DNA of 63,980 nucleotides, filler included, from Basidiobolus ranarum (taxonomy: Eukaryota), in the NCBI GenBank assembly GCA_040143965.1. It is 3 parts of 3 records of this genome, joined end to end, with 100 filler letters (N's around TTAATTAATTAA, not from the genome) between each part and the next. Parts side by side here need not be neighbours in the genome. Positions count along the whole stretch, not along the records: positions 23,044 to 45,877 come from JASJQH010000177.1; positions 45,978 to 63,980 come from JASJQH010000285.1; 1 more part is not named here. One strand, 5' to 3'. The position numbers and the translations under genes were made by a program. This document shows, piece after piece, positions 38,517 through 52,556 of the stretch. The notes beneath the pieces are model-generated. The model was not told the origin of the DNA. It did not search any database and worked only from the letters and a program-made list of their open reading frames with translations. The stretch's first letter is position 1, and the number at the start of each line of letters is the position of its first letter.

Positions 38517-40057
38517 ATGTCTTCCTTTCGCTCTAGCTATACAGCGCGCTCAAGAGCCTCTAGAGTAACAGAAGGCGCTCTTTCTTCGTCTCATAAAAGC
38601 ACCACATTACATCTTTTATCCAATGCTTTTCCTGAGTAAGTTAACCATGTCCTTTTGTCTGAATGAAATGCATGTGACTGACGTGGCTCTCTATTTGCAG
38701 TGCTGAAGATATTGTTGGTGAGAGTTATCTCCGTCCCTCAGAATGCACAATGAGTCTTCCTACCTCTTCGCATGATGAATTCCAGTTTCCCGAAGCCATG
38801 ATGCCTGATGAAAAGTCAATCCTCTTAGAGGATCCTCACTGCATAAACCTTGTGGACGAGCCCACTAGCACTTTTTCCCAATCAGTTTTTAATGCCGTCA
38901 ACGTATTAATGGGTCTTGCCATTCTATCTCTGCCATATGCCTTCAAAATTACCGGTTGGGTACTTGGCTTGTTCATGTTACTTGTATTCTGCTTGTTAAC
39001 CCGTTACACCGCCATATTACTTCGCAAGTGCTTGGACCTGGACCCTTCGATGATGTCCCTTTCTGATGTGGGATATGCTGCTTTTGGGAATAAGGGCAGA
39101 ATTGGCATGGCTGTTCTTTTAGTGGCTGAGCTTTTGGCAACCAGTGTTGCTTTACTAATGGTTTTCGCTGATTCTATCCATGCCTTGTATCCAAACTCTG
39201 ACTTAAATTTGTTGAAAGTAATCGGTATCCTTGTCTTGATTCCTTCTACTTGGGTTCCACTTAGTATTCTAGCCTACACTTCCATAGTCGGCATCATCTC
39301 TACTATTGCCTTAGTCGTAGTAGTTGTTATCAACGGTTTATCCACTACAATCTCTCCTGGCTCGTTGCTCGTACCCGCACCTACCAATCTCTGGCCCACC
39401 ATGCCAATGTCAATCCCGATCAGTTTCGGTCTTTTGATGGCTGGGTTCGCCGGTCATGCGGTGTTTGCTAGTATCTACCGTGATATGAAGTGCCCAGAGA
39501 GATTCCCAGCTGTTCTCAAATACTCCTACAGCATTACTACTGTCATCTACATTGTAATGGCCGGTGGCGGATACCTGATGTTTGGTAATTCCGTCTATCA
39601 TGAAATTATTGTCAATTTAGTGGAGAATCCCAACTACAACCAGTTCCTGACTCGTCTTGTTGTCTGGACCGTTGTTCTCAATCCAATCAGTAAATTCGGA
39701 CTGACCCTTAACCCGGCGAATTTGATCCTGGAGATATTCTTTAGTAACGCGCCTTTCAACCTGAACATCAGAGCCTCGAAGCCTCGTCGAATTATTTTCC
39801 GTACTCTGTTGTGTTTCTTCGTTTGTTTGGTTGCTATTCTGATTCCTGGTTTCCATAGAGTTATGGCGCTGTTGGGTTCCTTCTCATGCTTCACCATATC
39901 AGCCATTCTCCCGCTTGCTTGCCACCTTCAACTGTTCAAAGATCAAATTGGAAGAACGCAAAAATTCATCGATTGGTCTCTCATCATAATTTGTACTATT
40001 TTGGCAGTTGTTGGTACCGTCTGGACATTCCTTCCAACCGAGTTAATTGAGGCTTAA
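38517..40057 (+). CDS. AVT1: Vacuolar amino-acid transporter, AVT1-like (Aa_trans); exons 38517-38635 and 38701-40057
   Basis: Motifs STFSQSVFNAVNVLMGLAILSLPY, FAGHAVF.SIYRDM, GYLMFG and NPISKFGL. Confidence 0.9.
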
Positions 40058-41156
40058 TATGGACAAATTGGCGGATAAGATGGGATGGGATGGAGTGGAA
40101 TGGGATCAAAGTTCAAATCGCATTAGTATTCATTTCAATTGATAATATTTTATTGTACATGTTTTTAGCGAAAATTTCCCAATTTTTGAAATGGTCTTGG
40201 AAAATTTAGCAGATATACTTTATCTCACTTGTCAATCGCTTCCACAACAATAAATGGGAAACCTTTGGCGTATACACATATATATATATATATAGAGTAT
40301 AGACATATTTAACCTGATTGTCCTACATTTGACCAGATTATCAAAGTACACGAACCATCAACTTAGTTGATTCTTCTGCCAATGCTCTGTTTGGTTCTGG
40401 ACTTCATATGTAGAGAGTTCCACTGGATTGGAAATATTATAACGAGTGAATTGATTTCTCTATACAGTCATGTGAGTGAGTTATACGAAGTATATAGTAC
40501 ATGTGATCGGAGAGCCAGATTTACCAAGTATATAACATTTAGAATGAGGGATTTTTGTTAGTAGAAGATCTGGTCAAAGGCAAAACCTCAAGCGTTTAAC
40601 GTAAAGCTGGTAAAGGAATACCACTGTCCTTTTGAGATGTCCCTTTAAATTAGGAAATAATCGTCAAAGAAAATTAGGGGAAATATTTCAAAGCTGCTTA
40701 AATATTAGGAATGATATCTACACATAAATGCACCACTCAGTCATATTACTAGATCATACTCCACTTCAGTCACAGTATTTGATGATACTGCTTATTAATA
40801 ATGGGGTAAGGCTAATACAGGGCTAATACAGTATTGTAAACTCCAAAGAATTTTCACAGGAATACTGGTGCTATCTGCCAAGTAAATGTTTCAAAGAGGT
40901 ATTTCTGGTTAAGAAATAATACACCACACAACTTCGCATAGTCAATAGCTTATGCATCAAAATATACATTAAATAGCATCAAGTTATCCATCTCATTATA
41001 TATGACATCACCATGTTGCTCATTAACAAAGATATATCGCAATCAAGAGTCAAATGTTGTACACCAAAAAGGGATTTTATTTTATAGAAATAGCAGCTAT
41101 CAGGACGATATATGGGTTAAGAGTAAGAATGATGATTGTTAGGGAAATGTTCCAGT

Positions 41157-41708
41157 TTATTGACGGCTAGCGACCAATCTCTTACGGGCCAATTGGCGTT
41201 TGTTGAGCTTGGCACCCTTACCATCATCTTCACGCTTAACAGTGGCATCTTCCTCAGAAACAATGATCTCAATGTGACAAGGGGAGCTCATGTAGGGGTT
41301 GATTCTACCGTGAGCACGATAAGTACGTCTACGTTGCTTGGGAGCTTGGTTGACTTGAACGTGCTTAATGATCAAGGCCTCGGTTTCCAAACCCTTGTTC
41401 TCAGCATTGCTTTCAGCGTTCTTGAGGAGACCCAACAAGAACTCTGCGGACTTAACGGGCCAGCGTCCCTTGGTGGTGTTGAAAGCCTTGGCTTGAGCGC
41501 AACGACCAATACCACCGGCGAAGCGACGGAAAGGAATGCATTGCTTATGGGCCTTGACATCTTCAAGATAGGTGATGGCCTTTTGCAATTTCATACCAGA
41601 AATGGCAGCAGCAGCCTCACGGGTGTTCTTGAAGTGAACACGGAGATAAGAACCGCGGGTTTGAGCAGACTTGGCGCTGTTAGCAGGGGTGGCAGCGTAT
41701 CTGACCAT
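41157..41708 (-). CDS. RPL17: 60S ribosomal protein uL22 (L17)
   Basis: Motifs [21 protein letters not shown] and [21 protein letters not shown]. Confidence 0.97.
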   Translation of the reverse strand: MVRYAATPANSAKSAQTRGSYLRVHFKNTREAAAAISGMKLQKAITYLEDVKAHKQCIPFRRFAGGIGRCAQAKAFNTTKGRWPVKSAEFLLGLLKNAESNAENKGLETEALIIKHVQVNQAPKQRRRTYRAHGRINPYMSSPCHIEIIVSEEDATVKREDDGKGAKLNKRQLARKRLVASRQ

Positions 41709-42368
41709 ATTAACTTACTGACCTATGGAGGAAAGATGCGAGTTAGTGAGGGTGAAAGAGAAAGTTGGTGGATGGATGGATTTAACATTGTTTTAGATAA
41801 CATCTAGCGTGGAACAGACACTTTCCACTTTCTAACATGTCATCAATCATTGATAAATACATAGAAGAATACTCTACCTACAAGGCGATGCTCGAAAGGT
41901 ATGGACAGTGGAAAGAGGGTGATAGAATGTAGACCATAGAGACTATATCAGACACTAGCTCCAAAATTTCTTGATTCTGACTGGTTAATAGGAATAATCA
42001 GGGGAAAATTTTTCTTTTTTATCTTAATCACTGTGTTATTTCACTTGAAGATATGAGGGGATTCAGGAATACATCATTACAGTATATATATACTCTACCA
42101 CTCTAGGTTAATATTGAGCATGAGCGTTGTCTAGAGTGTGGTGATCATTGATTGGACATTTTACCAGCAAAATATTGTATAATGTTCTTAGGTATTCGTA
42201 TGTCACACTGCATTTTCAACAAGTATCGAAATTTAATACGTGATTTTTCACAGTCCAACGCACATTATTCGAAAGGCTTTGAATGGCCCTTAACCATTAG
42301 CTTCGAGACATATACCTTGAAACATTGACAAACTTTTTTCGGAGTCAAATAGCGTACTCACTTAAAGA

Positions 42369-45300
42369 ATGAGGCTATCGTGTAAAAATAGCACGTTGCT
42401 TTTTTTGCTTATAGGTAAGGATTCCAACATACCCAAACTGAAGTATTTTGTACTAATTTGATTACTTTCGGGAGGTCAGCTAGTACCTGGTCTAATCGTA
42501 TAAGTGCTGAACAGATAGATACTTCAACCGCCAGTTCAGAAGATGTTAGTTTAGAGCATAGTTTAGCTTCAAGCGTAGGCAGTTCAGAAAACATCCATGC
42601 AAATCTTGGACCTTACGAGCAGGCAATAGAGCTTTTAGAGTCTTTACCTAAAGATCGGGAAGTATTTAAGAAGCCCAAGTTCACTTCTCACGGATTATTT
42701 CAAAGTCAGTTTCAAAGACTCTCGACTTTCCTTTACAACCAGTTATTCTCTTCAGAAAAGAGCAAAGATTCCCAAGTAAAAGCAAAACACCCAAAGATTC
42801 AACAAGCCACTGCTTTATTAGAAAGAGAGGCGAAACTTGGAAACTCGGACGCAATATTTACTTTAGCTGAATTAAATTTTGTAGGTTAAAGTTCAGTCAT
42901 ACCTTTCTCTTTGAAACATATAGGTGAAGTTTCAGTGAATTTTTCTTTCTGTCAACTAATATATTTCATTCAAGTTTTCATATTATGGCTATCCACGAAA
43001 CCTTAAACTTGCTTTCGATTATTATTCCCAATTGGCTTCTGAGAAAGGTAATGCTACCGCACAACGTATGGTCTCTCTAATGTATGCCACTGGAATTGGT
43101 CATGTGGTCGAAAGAGATCAAGGAAAAGTAAGTGTTTATATATTTGCTATTTTTATGTTGACTTTTATTGAAATTCAATGGGCTTCATTTTGTTAGGCTT
43201 TACTTTACTCCACGTTTGCCTCACTCGGCCAGGACACTGCGGCTCAGATGATGGTAGGATACCGACACCTCAAGGGCATTGGAACATCGAGTAGTTGTGA
43301 TGAAGCAGTGTGGTATTATAAAAAAGTGGCTGATAAAGGTAAATACAGCATAGAAATATTAGCCAACTCCCTAATCCTTTCCACAAGGAACCTACTAAAA
43401 TTCTAGCTAGCTATGGAACAGTATAAATCCGGTCCACCTGGAGGTCGAGTCTTACCTTTACCCAAGGTACTCTTGCCAGAGGAGAATGGTGGTATTTACG
43501 GATATGCTCACAATGGCGGAAGTGGACATCGTGATCAGTCCGAGGTGGAAGATATTCTACAGTATACACGTCAACTTGCTGAGGGTGGTTCAATCGAAGC
43601 GCAGCTTACTTTAGGCTATATATATTATCGTGGTAGTCGATTTGTTCGTCGAAACCATAAAGATGCTTACAGATATTTCCTTAGTGTTGCTAGCCATATG
43701 TATAATAATAACCGAGTGAAAGATATAAAAGATCCAGAGGAGATTTCTTTCATTGGTCAGGCATGTGGAATGTTGGGAGAAATGTATCGTCGTGGCGAAG
43801 GTGTTCCTCCGGACTATGATATTGCTCTTAAATGGTACTCGCGTGGTGTCGAGAAGGTAAGATCATTACTCCTCGCCAACTAGAGTGCTTTCATATTGAG
43901 TGGGAATTTTCTAGGAAAATCCGATTTCTCTCAACGGCCTCGGTGTAATGTATTTGGAAGGGATCGTTGTGACCAAGGTAAAGTGTCATCTACTAACCCT
44001 AAGCAAGGAAGAATGTGGTCTTGTTCTAATGAAGGCGTGCCAATTCATGTAGAACATCCAAAGAGCTCAAGAGTACTTTGAGCTTGCCTCCAAGTTAAAG
44101 AACCCGGAAGCGCAAGTAAACCTGGGACTATTATATTTGAGTAAGCGATGGAAAAGTGACTTTTTTATTCAGTCGATTAACCTATACAAATGAATTCCAC
44201 CATTTCTTAGATGCACCAGATCCTGATTACAATAGTGCCATTATTCTATTTACCGAAGCATATCAAGCAAAGTACTTTCCTGCCTCGTATTATTTAGCGG
44301 AAATGTACAATCGAGGTCTTGGGGTTACAAAATCTTGCTTCGCGGCGGTGACTGTAAGTATCCTTCCAATTCCCTTCCCTCTTACTTTGGTTTAATGGTT
44401 ATTTGGGTTTATTAGCTTTATAAAATCATCTCTGAACGAGGCGACTGGTTGCATTCCCCTTTCCCCAAGGCTCACAATGCATACAAGAAAGGGGATATCG
44501 AAACTGCATTTCTGTGGTACTTAATGGGGGCCGAGATGGGTTACGAGGTTGGACAAACCAACGTTGCTTGGCTACTTGATGAAGGTGAGACCCTAGTAAC
44601 TGTAATGGATTGAGACTGTTTTATCCACCATCACCACTCATACCATGGCCACTCTTTAGATCGATATGAGCTCATCGAGCAATCTCCAAACCTAATCCCT
44701 GATGATTTGCCTTTGATCTACTGGACTCGTTCAGCCAATCAAGGTCAAAGCGACTCTAGAGTAAAGATGGGTGATTATTATTATTATGGTATTGGAGCGG
44801 AGGTGAATTTAGAGAAAGCAGCCTCATGTTACGAGGTGGCTGCCAACGATGAATCTAATGCACTAGGGATGTGGAATATGGGGTGGATGCATGAGAATGG
44901 TATTGGTGTTTCCAAGGTAGGGCTTTTCCATTCGTTTCGCAAGCCAACATTCTTATCATTTGTGTATTGGAATTCTAGGATTTCCATCTAGCTAAGCGAC
45001 TATACGATAGCTCGTTGAGTGAGAACCCAGATGCCTATCTACCGGTAACCCTTTCATTGATTAAGCTGAGTGCAAAGTATGCATGGGGTTATCTCATGGG
45101 AGACGATGTCGGAGATGAACCATACTTCAAACCAACCCCACACTTTGAAGGTGAGGCGCATCACCCACCACACCACCCACCGGAAGAGTCCTATGATGAG
45201 CTCTCCTCCGAAAACGAATTCAACCGAATCGCCAAAGATAAAGACTTTATCCAATGGGGTAGGAAGAAACTTGGTGATGACGATGACTACGAAGAACAAC

Positions 45301-45464
45301 AGGACTATGCAGATGACGAGGACGGTGGCTTTATCGAAGATCTGGTAATACTCGCGTTATGTTTGCTAGTGGGCTGGATGGTCTATGTACGTCAGTTCCG
45401 TGCGGCAGGACCAAACCCTCAACCACAATTGGACCCACGATGGAGGTGGGGTCCATTGGCTTAA
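42369..45464 (+). CDS. HRD3: ERAD Sel1-repeat protein Hrd3/SEL1L (multi-exon)
   Basis: Signal peptide, Sel1 repeats, GPPGGR, SRVKMGDYYYYG, WNMGWMHENGIG, HLAKRLYD and a C-terminal transmembrane helix. Confidence 0.9.
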
Positions 45465-45877
45465 TTGTCATCTATAAAGATTTGCTAAAACTCTAAATAT
45501 AGTTCCAATCTTAACAATTCGATACAACATGGATGGAGGTGGCAGGGTTAGGGGTCAGTGGCAGGGACATGATTAGTTATCAGGGTTAGGGCTAGGGATA
45601 GGGTAGGATAGATGGCAAATCAATTAGCTATTTTATTATTAATCAACGATGGTTCAATAGTCTTCAGATTCTGAGCAAATCAACGTAATCAGATTAATCA
45701 AATAAAACATATGACGAAATACTTGGAATCGTGAAATATTCGTTTGAGGGTCGTGATAAGGATAATGCGATTACGGGCTAGGTGCTCTCCAATAGGGCTC
45801 CCCTACTACCCATCACATCAGTACGTTTCACCATTAGATACATCACGACACACCACCACACTCACCATTAGATACAT

Positions 45878-45977
45878 NNNNNNNNNNNNNNNNNNNNNNN
45901 NNNNNNNNNNNNNNNNNNNNNTTAATTAATTAANNNNNNNNNNNNNNNNNNNNNNNNNNNNNNNNNNNNNNNNNNNN
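45878..45977. other. Assembly gap with artificial TTAATTAATTAA linker
   Basis: N44-TTAATTAATTAA-N44. Confidence 0.97.
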
Positions 45978-46304
45978 TGCAGACGGTACAATCCAAACGA
46001 CGAACGACCTTCTTGGTGGGCTTGGCCTTCTTGTGGAAGACGGGCTTGGTTTGACCACCATAACCGGATTGTTTACGATCGTAACGACGTTTACCTTGGG
46101 CGAAAAGGGAAGCCTTACCGGTCTTGTATTGGGTGACCTTGTGAGGAGTGTGCTTTCTGCAGGCCTTGCCCTTGCAGTAAGTGTTTCTGGTTTTGGGAAT
46201 GTTGACCTGTAACGAAAAGAATTAGCTTTAAAGCTCAAACATGATATGAAGATACAATGGATGCTTCAGACAGCAAAGGATGTAATTTTAATTGAACTCA
46301 CCAT
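45978..46304 (-). CDS. RPL42: 60S ribosomal protein eL42 (L44/L36a), 3' end lost in the gap
   Basis: [54 protein letters not shown]. Confidence 0.93.
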
Positions 46305-46825
46305 CTCGCTACGACAAACAATCCGATAAGGAACGAAGAGGAAGACCCCTCAAACTCAGTGTTCTATTAGTTTTAATGAGATTCATCCATGAATTGGAAG
46401 AAAAAACGAATTTAATTGGCTCACAAAAATTCTTGATCTATACTGAGTTTTGAATTTATTGAACAGATTGCTAATGGATTGCCACTATATATAGAAACTC
46501 AAGTCTAACCGCAAAGATGCTTATCTCTTGGATCCTAACATCTCATCAGTACTGTTGTGTTTACCTGTACTTTACCTTCACTTTCTCCTTTAGAATAAAT
46601 CACATTAGAATGCTGTCCTTCGTGCTTCGAATTGAACTTATCTAACTCATTTGATCCAGTTTTGGATTGTGATTAACGATGAATTGCTTTTTACTGGATT
46701 CCCATAATGATGCTAATTATCATTTTTATCTTTCATCGAACTGTATCACGTGGTCTTCTTTCATTTTTCATATTTGTTGAGTTCTGTTCAACTCTTGCTA
46801 TATACGTAGGGATAGATATTTGACC

Positions 46826-47611
46826 ATGCGACCAGAACATGGACCACCACGTAACTCAAGGCCACCCCGTGGAAGAGGTGGGAGAGGTCAATATAGACCA
46901 CGCACAGATGCTCCGAGAGGACGTGGTCAATTTCGACCTCGTACGGAAGGATTCCGTGGTAGACCAGAATATCGTCCTCACGATCCGCCACCTACCGGAC
47001 CTGCTGCCGACTTTCGACCTATGAATCGTCCACCTCCCACGGCCCCAGCTGCCGATTTTCGTCCAGATGCACGACCCCCACCAGACCACTCTTCCGTACC
47101 TACAGGACCTGGAGCTAATAATTGGAGTTTCGATCACGGGAATGGACGACCTCCACTTGGTAGAGGTTCAGCACCCATCAATACAAACGCACTAGCCATG
47201 TTTCAACCAAAGTATATTTTCTTTCTAACCTTCACGGTCACTTTTATTTTCTAAACTTTTTGTACCTATATAGACCTGATACTAATGTCGCACAAAACGG
47301 AAGATTACCCTTTGGTCCCCCTACACTTTCTCAAGATTCACAGATAAAATCTCATCGTGATGTTAGTTTTCATATTATTTTTTGTTACTATACCTATATA
47401 ACTTTAAAAATAACCAGATATTTCTTCTTGTTTTTTTTTCCAGATCTTAAGAAGACATAATGAGGAATATCAGCTTGCACAAGGGATTAAAGTAGAATTA
47501 TCTCAAGCTCAAGCCGCATTTCCAAGTACTTTTGTAGGAAGGATGTCCAAAAATAACAATACTGTGATCCCAGTTCTTCCCAGGTTAAAAAACCCTGACT
47601 CAACCTCGTAA
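46826..47611 (+). CDS. RG/Pro-rich low-complexity protein of unknown function (3 exons)
   Basis: RGRGGRG and PPT(G/A)PAADFRP repeats. Two GT-AG introns keep the frame open to TAA at 47609-47611. Confidence 0.6.
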
Positions 47612-48252
47612 AATAGTCCTCTTTTATGGTGTGGTAGAGATGATATTTGGTTGATTTCAACAAAAAACCCGCACAACCTTTCGACTGCAATTTTTATAAT
47701 CCTGATATCTTATTTGCGGTAGCTTAGAATACATGTATATAAAGGTTTCATTTAAATTAAACGACTACTTTAGCAAATCGATAAATATTAGATAGCTACC
47801 ACTCACGAAGATGCTATTGACATGTTCTTTGCTAACTCTAATGTATACAATCACTGGAATCCTGAGACTAAATGAACCAGATTTCTTTCTGTTGATCTCA
47901 AGGTGTACAATAAACACTAATACTTCATCACTCTCGAGATGGCTATTGTCGAGTGTATGCACCAGTTGTAATTACGAAGCAAGGGTGTACAACATAATGG
48001 GTTGAAGTATTTGTCCTTTGAACATTAAATAATTTATTCATAGAGATTATACATGATACTCGTGTGCTCTGTTCGTATTGGTTTAGCATACTCTAGAGTT
48101 GGTCATTTCTATCTATAATGATAATGAGCCTCGATCTTCGCTTCAACATATATAATAAGGTAAATGAAAAGATCTCTGTTATGAATCCTGGATACTTAGT
48201 CACTAACAAAGAAGAGAATCAATTAAATAAATACAGACTCTGCATCATCTCT

Positions 48253-50819
48253 TCAATGATCTATTTCGACCTTTAGTTGATCCAGTTGTGGTGTATGTTC
48301 CGCAGAGGTATATACTTTTATACATCCATCTAGAGTCAAGGGTGCAAATATATGAATTAGATTTCGATGTCGAAGAACCAAGTATAATTATTGAAGATAT
48401 ATTACCATCTGATGTTGTAAAGAGTAGATTTCGAGTTGGATGAAACATAACATCTCGTACTTCAAGCTCTAAAGATTTGATGAGACAAGAACAAGGTTGG
48501 AGGTATACAAAATGAAGAAGTACCTTCGTGATCTCGAAGAACTGCTGTAGTTTGTCCCGTGGCCAATGAGAACACATACACTTGGCCATTAAGTGTAGGT
48601 GCCATAAGATACCGACCATTAGAGGTGATTTTTATCAACCAAGAATTAGAGAGGTACCTTGGGAAGTTAAATTCATCAGTATGTTTATATCAAACATCAA
48701 TTTTGTGTCACCTACTCGTTATGCTGAAACTTCTTAACTTCTTTCATTTGGAATTCACCTCCAGCGACTGTGGGGTAAATTAATTTGTGAAGTGTACAGG
48801 TGTTTGGCCGTGAAGCTGTGTCGAAAGTATATCGGTCGAGAGGTTAGCAATGGTAATTTAGTACGTAAGTTAACGCAAGTAATAGCTTGACTAATTACCG
48901 ATTGTGTTGTTTTCAGCATCGAGTAACTCCACACCTCTGGAGATGAAATAGGCGAAGGGGGCAGAGTCCTCTTCCTCGTTAGTTCCAGGTAGGTCAAGGC
49001 AGCGTATGAATTTCCCGCAATCACAATACGAAGAATACATATTTTCGAATGTTTTCAATAACTAAATAAAACAAGGTAATGTTAAGAATAGTAGGAACTA
49101 AATCACATTGTACAGAAGTTGTCATACCTGGGCATTTTCAAAATCATATAATCGTAATGTGTCGTCACAAGCACTCACGAAGTATTTGTTTCCAGTGTTG
49201 GGGACAAATGAAATAGTGAAAGCCATACAGGTAATACCATCTTCCATTCTAGTCATTTCAATCAGAGTTCTGAAATAGTATGATACATTAAAACATGTAT
49301 AGATAATGCATATGAACTTCATATTATACTAACTTCCAATCGGCACCCATTTGCCATTTGATAATATATCCATCTTGACTTGTACTGATAATGTAGTTTG
49401 CTCCTTTAAACTGTACTAGCTTAATACACAGTATTTCTTCTGTGTGTCCCTCAAGTTTGGAAACAACATCTCCAGATACTACGTCGAAAATCTGACATAC
49501 ACGCGTATTAAAATTAAAATGGATGATAGTAGCAGATACAAAACCTTAACTTACCTTCAGGGGACATGGGAGGATATGATTGTCATCGTCTACATCCGAC
49601 CATCTGGTACGGTCTTTGAGCTTGCCTCCAGCAATCAATAGCTGGTTCGGAACGAATCGACCAACATAGAACTCATCTATATTAGGTTCCTTGGAATGGA
49701 GAAAGTGTTATTATAGAATAAGATTCATCATAAACTAACAAATCACGTACTTTGTTATCTCTAAGCTTTTGGATCATCGTATAAGTATCCAAGTCCCAGA
49801 TCTTAACATGACCAAGATGACAGAATGTGGCTAGCATGGAGCCATCAGGGGATAATGACATGCCGACAACAGGTCCTTTAAAAATAATAAGCTTCAGCCT
49901 CTACAGTGTACCAACGTAAAACGAATGGCTAGATACCTTGATCTCGCATATCTGCATCCACTAGTTTAAGTGGATGTTGATCGTTGATATATTGAATCAT
50001 TCCCAAACCAGCATCGGCATGGCTGACGAAATAATTGTCTGGGTACCCTTTAGCCAATTTTTGAACATATTCGGGATCGTATTGAGGCATACGTTTGGTC
50101 TATTTGGAGAAATGAGTATCAAGAGTATAATCGAAAGAGAGTGTGAATTCTCGAGATTTGTAAATACCTCAACTTCAGACACCTTTTTTGTATCTATCTT
50201 GCCTTTGGCCTACGTTCAAACAAATGAATTAATATTTCATATGAAAAGTATGTGTCATGTGAAGATTATAAAGATCATGTTTACCTTTTTTGCTTTAGTG
50301 CTCTTGACAATTTCGGTTTCTTAAAAGGGAAACTTATTAGATACTCATACGAACACTCTGCTCGATTTTATATGTGCTTACCACTAGGTTCGACTTTAGT
50401 CTTTGTTGCTCTTGTCCGCTTAGGTTTAGGATCTTCTACTTTCGTAGCAGCTTTCTTACGAGAAGTTTTGGGTTTTTCTACAATAGGTTTTTCTGCTACG
50501 GTTTTTTTTGGTGTTTTCTTTACAGCACGACTAACAGCAGTGGTTTTTCTGGTAGTTCTCTTACGGGAGTTATAACATTCTTCAAGGTAATCTGAATCCA
50601 CAGAATTGTCGGAGAGTTCCGCGTAAGAAGAAACCTTTCTTTTGCGCGAGGGTTTTTTTGGTGAAAGGTCCTCCATATCTTGTTCTTCGGTATCTACTTG
50701 AGTCTCTTTATTTGAGGATAAGAAAGGTGTTTCAAAGAAGATATTGTGAATAATGATATATTCTTACCAGATAAGTCAAGGGGATCGTGTGATGAACCAA
50801 GTGGACTTGACACAACCAT
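48253..50819 (-). CDS. WD40-repeat protein with basic/acidic disordered N-terminus (multi-exon)
   Basis: Motifs GHTEEILCI..STSQDGYIIKW, VSACDDTLRLYDF and VRDVMFHP..LFTTSDDGCIKVY. Confidence 0.75.
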
Positions 50820-51182
50820 TAGGAGAGTAAAAAAAGATTGGATATGAGAAATACGAACAACTCAGTTAAATGAGTTAGAAATGCATACAACTCTAGATAA
50901 TGTTTACTTAAGGACGGTTATTTGACCGATCTATGAATTGATTGGTAGTATTATGAAATATTTGAACCACAACAGAGCTTGGAAGAAAAGATGAATTCAT
51001 AGCGATTTAGTCGAAATCTTTACTTGGCATTTATTCTTGTTTATTTTGAGAGTGCGTAAATAGAGGAAAAACATTGAGGGTATCCAATATGATTGGTTGA
51101 TCACTTTTGAATTTATCAGTGAATGAAATATGAACTTTATGCAAAGGCGATTCTATCAAACTAAACAGGAAATGCTATCCAG

Positions 51183-52264
51183 TTAGAGCTTCTGACTAGC
51201 AATAAAATCATCAATTTCCTGAGAGAGTTGTGGGTGAACGTCGGACAGAGGTAGAGGATCACGTTGGAAAACGTTGCCAAATGCTTTCAATAAATAGGGG
51301 ATTGTATCGCTAACTGTTATTTCTTTTTTGGTGATTATTTCTGTATGATCGAACAGCTGAAGGTAAGGATGCGAACCAGATCAAATGAGAGGAATCAAAA
51401 TGCTTTACCTTGCATCTCCGGGCGCTTGAGAAGCTCTTTTGACAAAGTTGTCACTCCTTTATCCTTGAGGCCACATGGTACAATATTGTCGAACCACGTC
51501 AAGTCGGTATTGCAGTTCAAAGCGAAACCGTGGCTAGAAATGTACCGTTGAACTTGGATACCTACGATTTCAGATTGTATAAATAACCTGCAAAATTACA
51601 ATTATCTAGGAAATGTTAATCACCAATTGCGCAGATTTTATTGTTTCCGACCCACACTCCAGTATCTGCTGTAGTGCCAACTTTTAGGTTAAGTTGAGCA
51701 CAAGTATCTATGACTGTGTTTTCTATAGCTTTCACATATTCACGAACGTTCAACTTCACCGAAAGGAAATAATAATTCAGTTTGTTGAACATGGCTAACA
51801 CAAATTCTAAATTGGTTTGCATACCTCCTGTCTTTTCAAATTCATTATAGGGTAACCAACGAGTTGTCCTGGGCCGTGAAAAGTGGTTTGACCTCCGCGA
51901 AGTGTCTAGAATGTTCATCGTTTTTAATTCACGGCAATGTAGAAATGAGACAAATGCTTTATACCTCGAAATAACTAGCACCTAATGCGCAAAGTCTGTT
52001 TTTCTCTTCATTATCTGTTTTGCCCATATACCGCCTTCCTGTGGTATATACGGGGTCATGTTCAACTATCAATAGGATATCGGGATCTCCAAGCTCCGAG
52101 TCACCTAATTCACGAAGCTTGATACGTTTCCTAACCAAATCATGTTGTAATTCCAAAGCAATAGGGTATGATACCCGGCCTATATGTTTATAAGCTACAT
52201 AGGCCGTAGGAGATAAATTACTCACTGTAGAATAGAATTTTTTGGCAGCAAGTCTGGTATCCAT
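51183..52264 (-). CDS. LIP2: Lipoyl(octanoyl) transferase, mitochondrial
   Basis: Motifs [53 protein letters not shown] and IVPCGL. Confidence 0.93.
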
Positions 52265-52556
52265 CGTGAGTTAGGAAGAGGCAGCTCAAGGCCAATTTCA
52301 TGTCTCCTCAAGATCCAGACAATCACAGTTGATTAGATGATCTATGATAAAATTATTGTGACTTTTTACGAAGCAGCAATCTCTTAGTGTATATTTCTTA
52401 TATTAGTGTGGTTTTATATACGAATAAATATATATACGAAGCCTTTACATTATTAGCTGGATTACTGGATGTGAGTGTGAGTGTGAATATATGGAAATTT
52501 TTACAGTTGGCGCTGTATGAGCTGCTATTTACAAGAAATCTATTTTGGATGAGTGT

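Noticed and set aside
41136-41807. 223-aa ORF antisense to RPL17 (similar shadows over AAT2, RPL38, LYAR and others)
   Set aside because: Antisense shadow ORFs arise from codon bias in highly expressed genes, and these have no recognisable motifs.
45978-46030. Unusual substitutions in eL42 ([14 protein letters not shown] versus the usual KAKTTKKVVLRLEC)
   Set aside because: All lie within ~45 nt of a contig end and are most likely low-quality base calls. The cycloheximide-relevant KPVF proline is ordinary.
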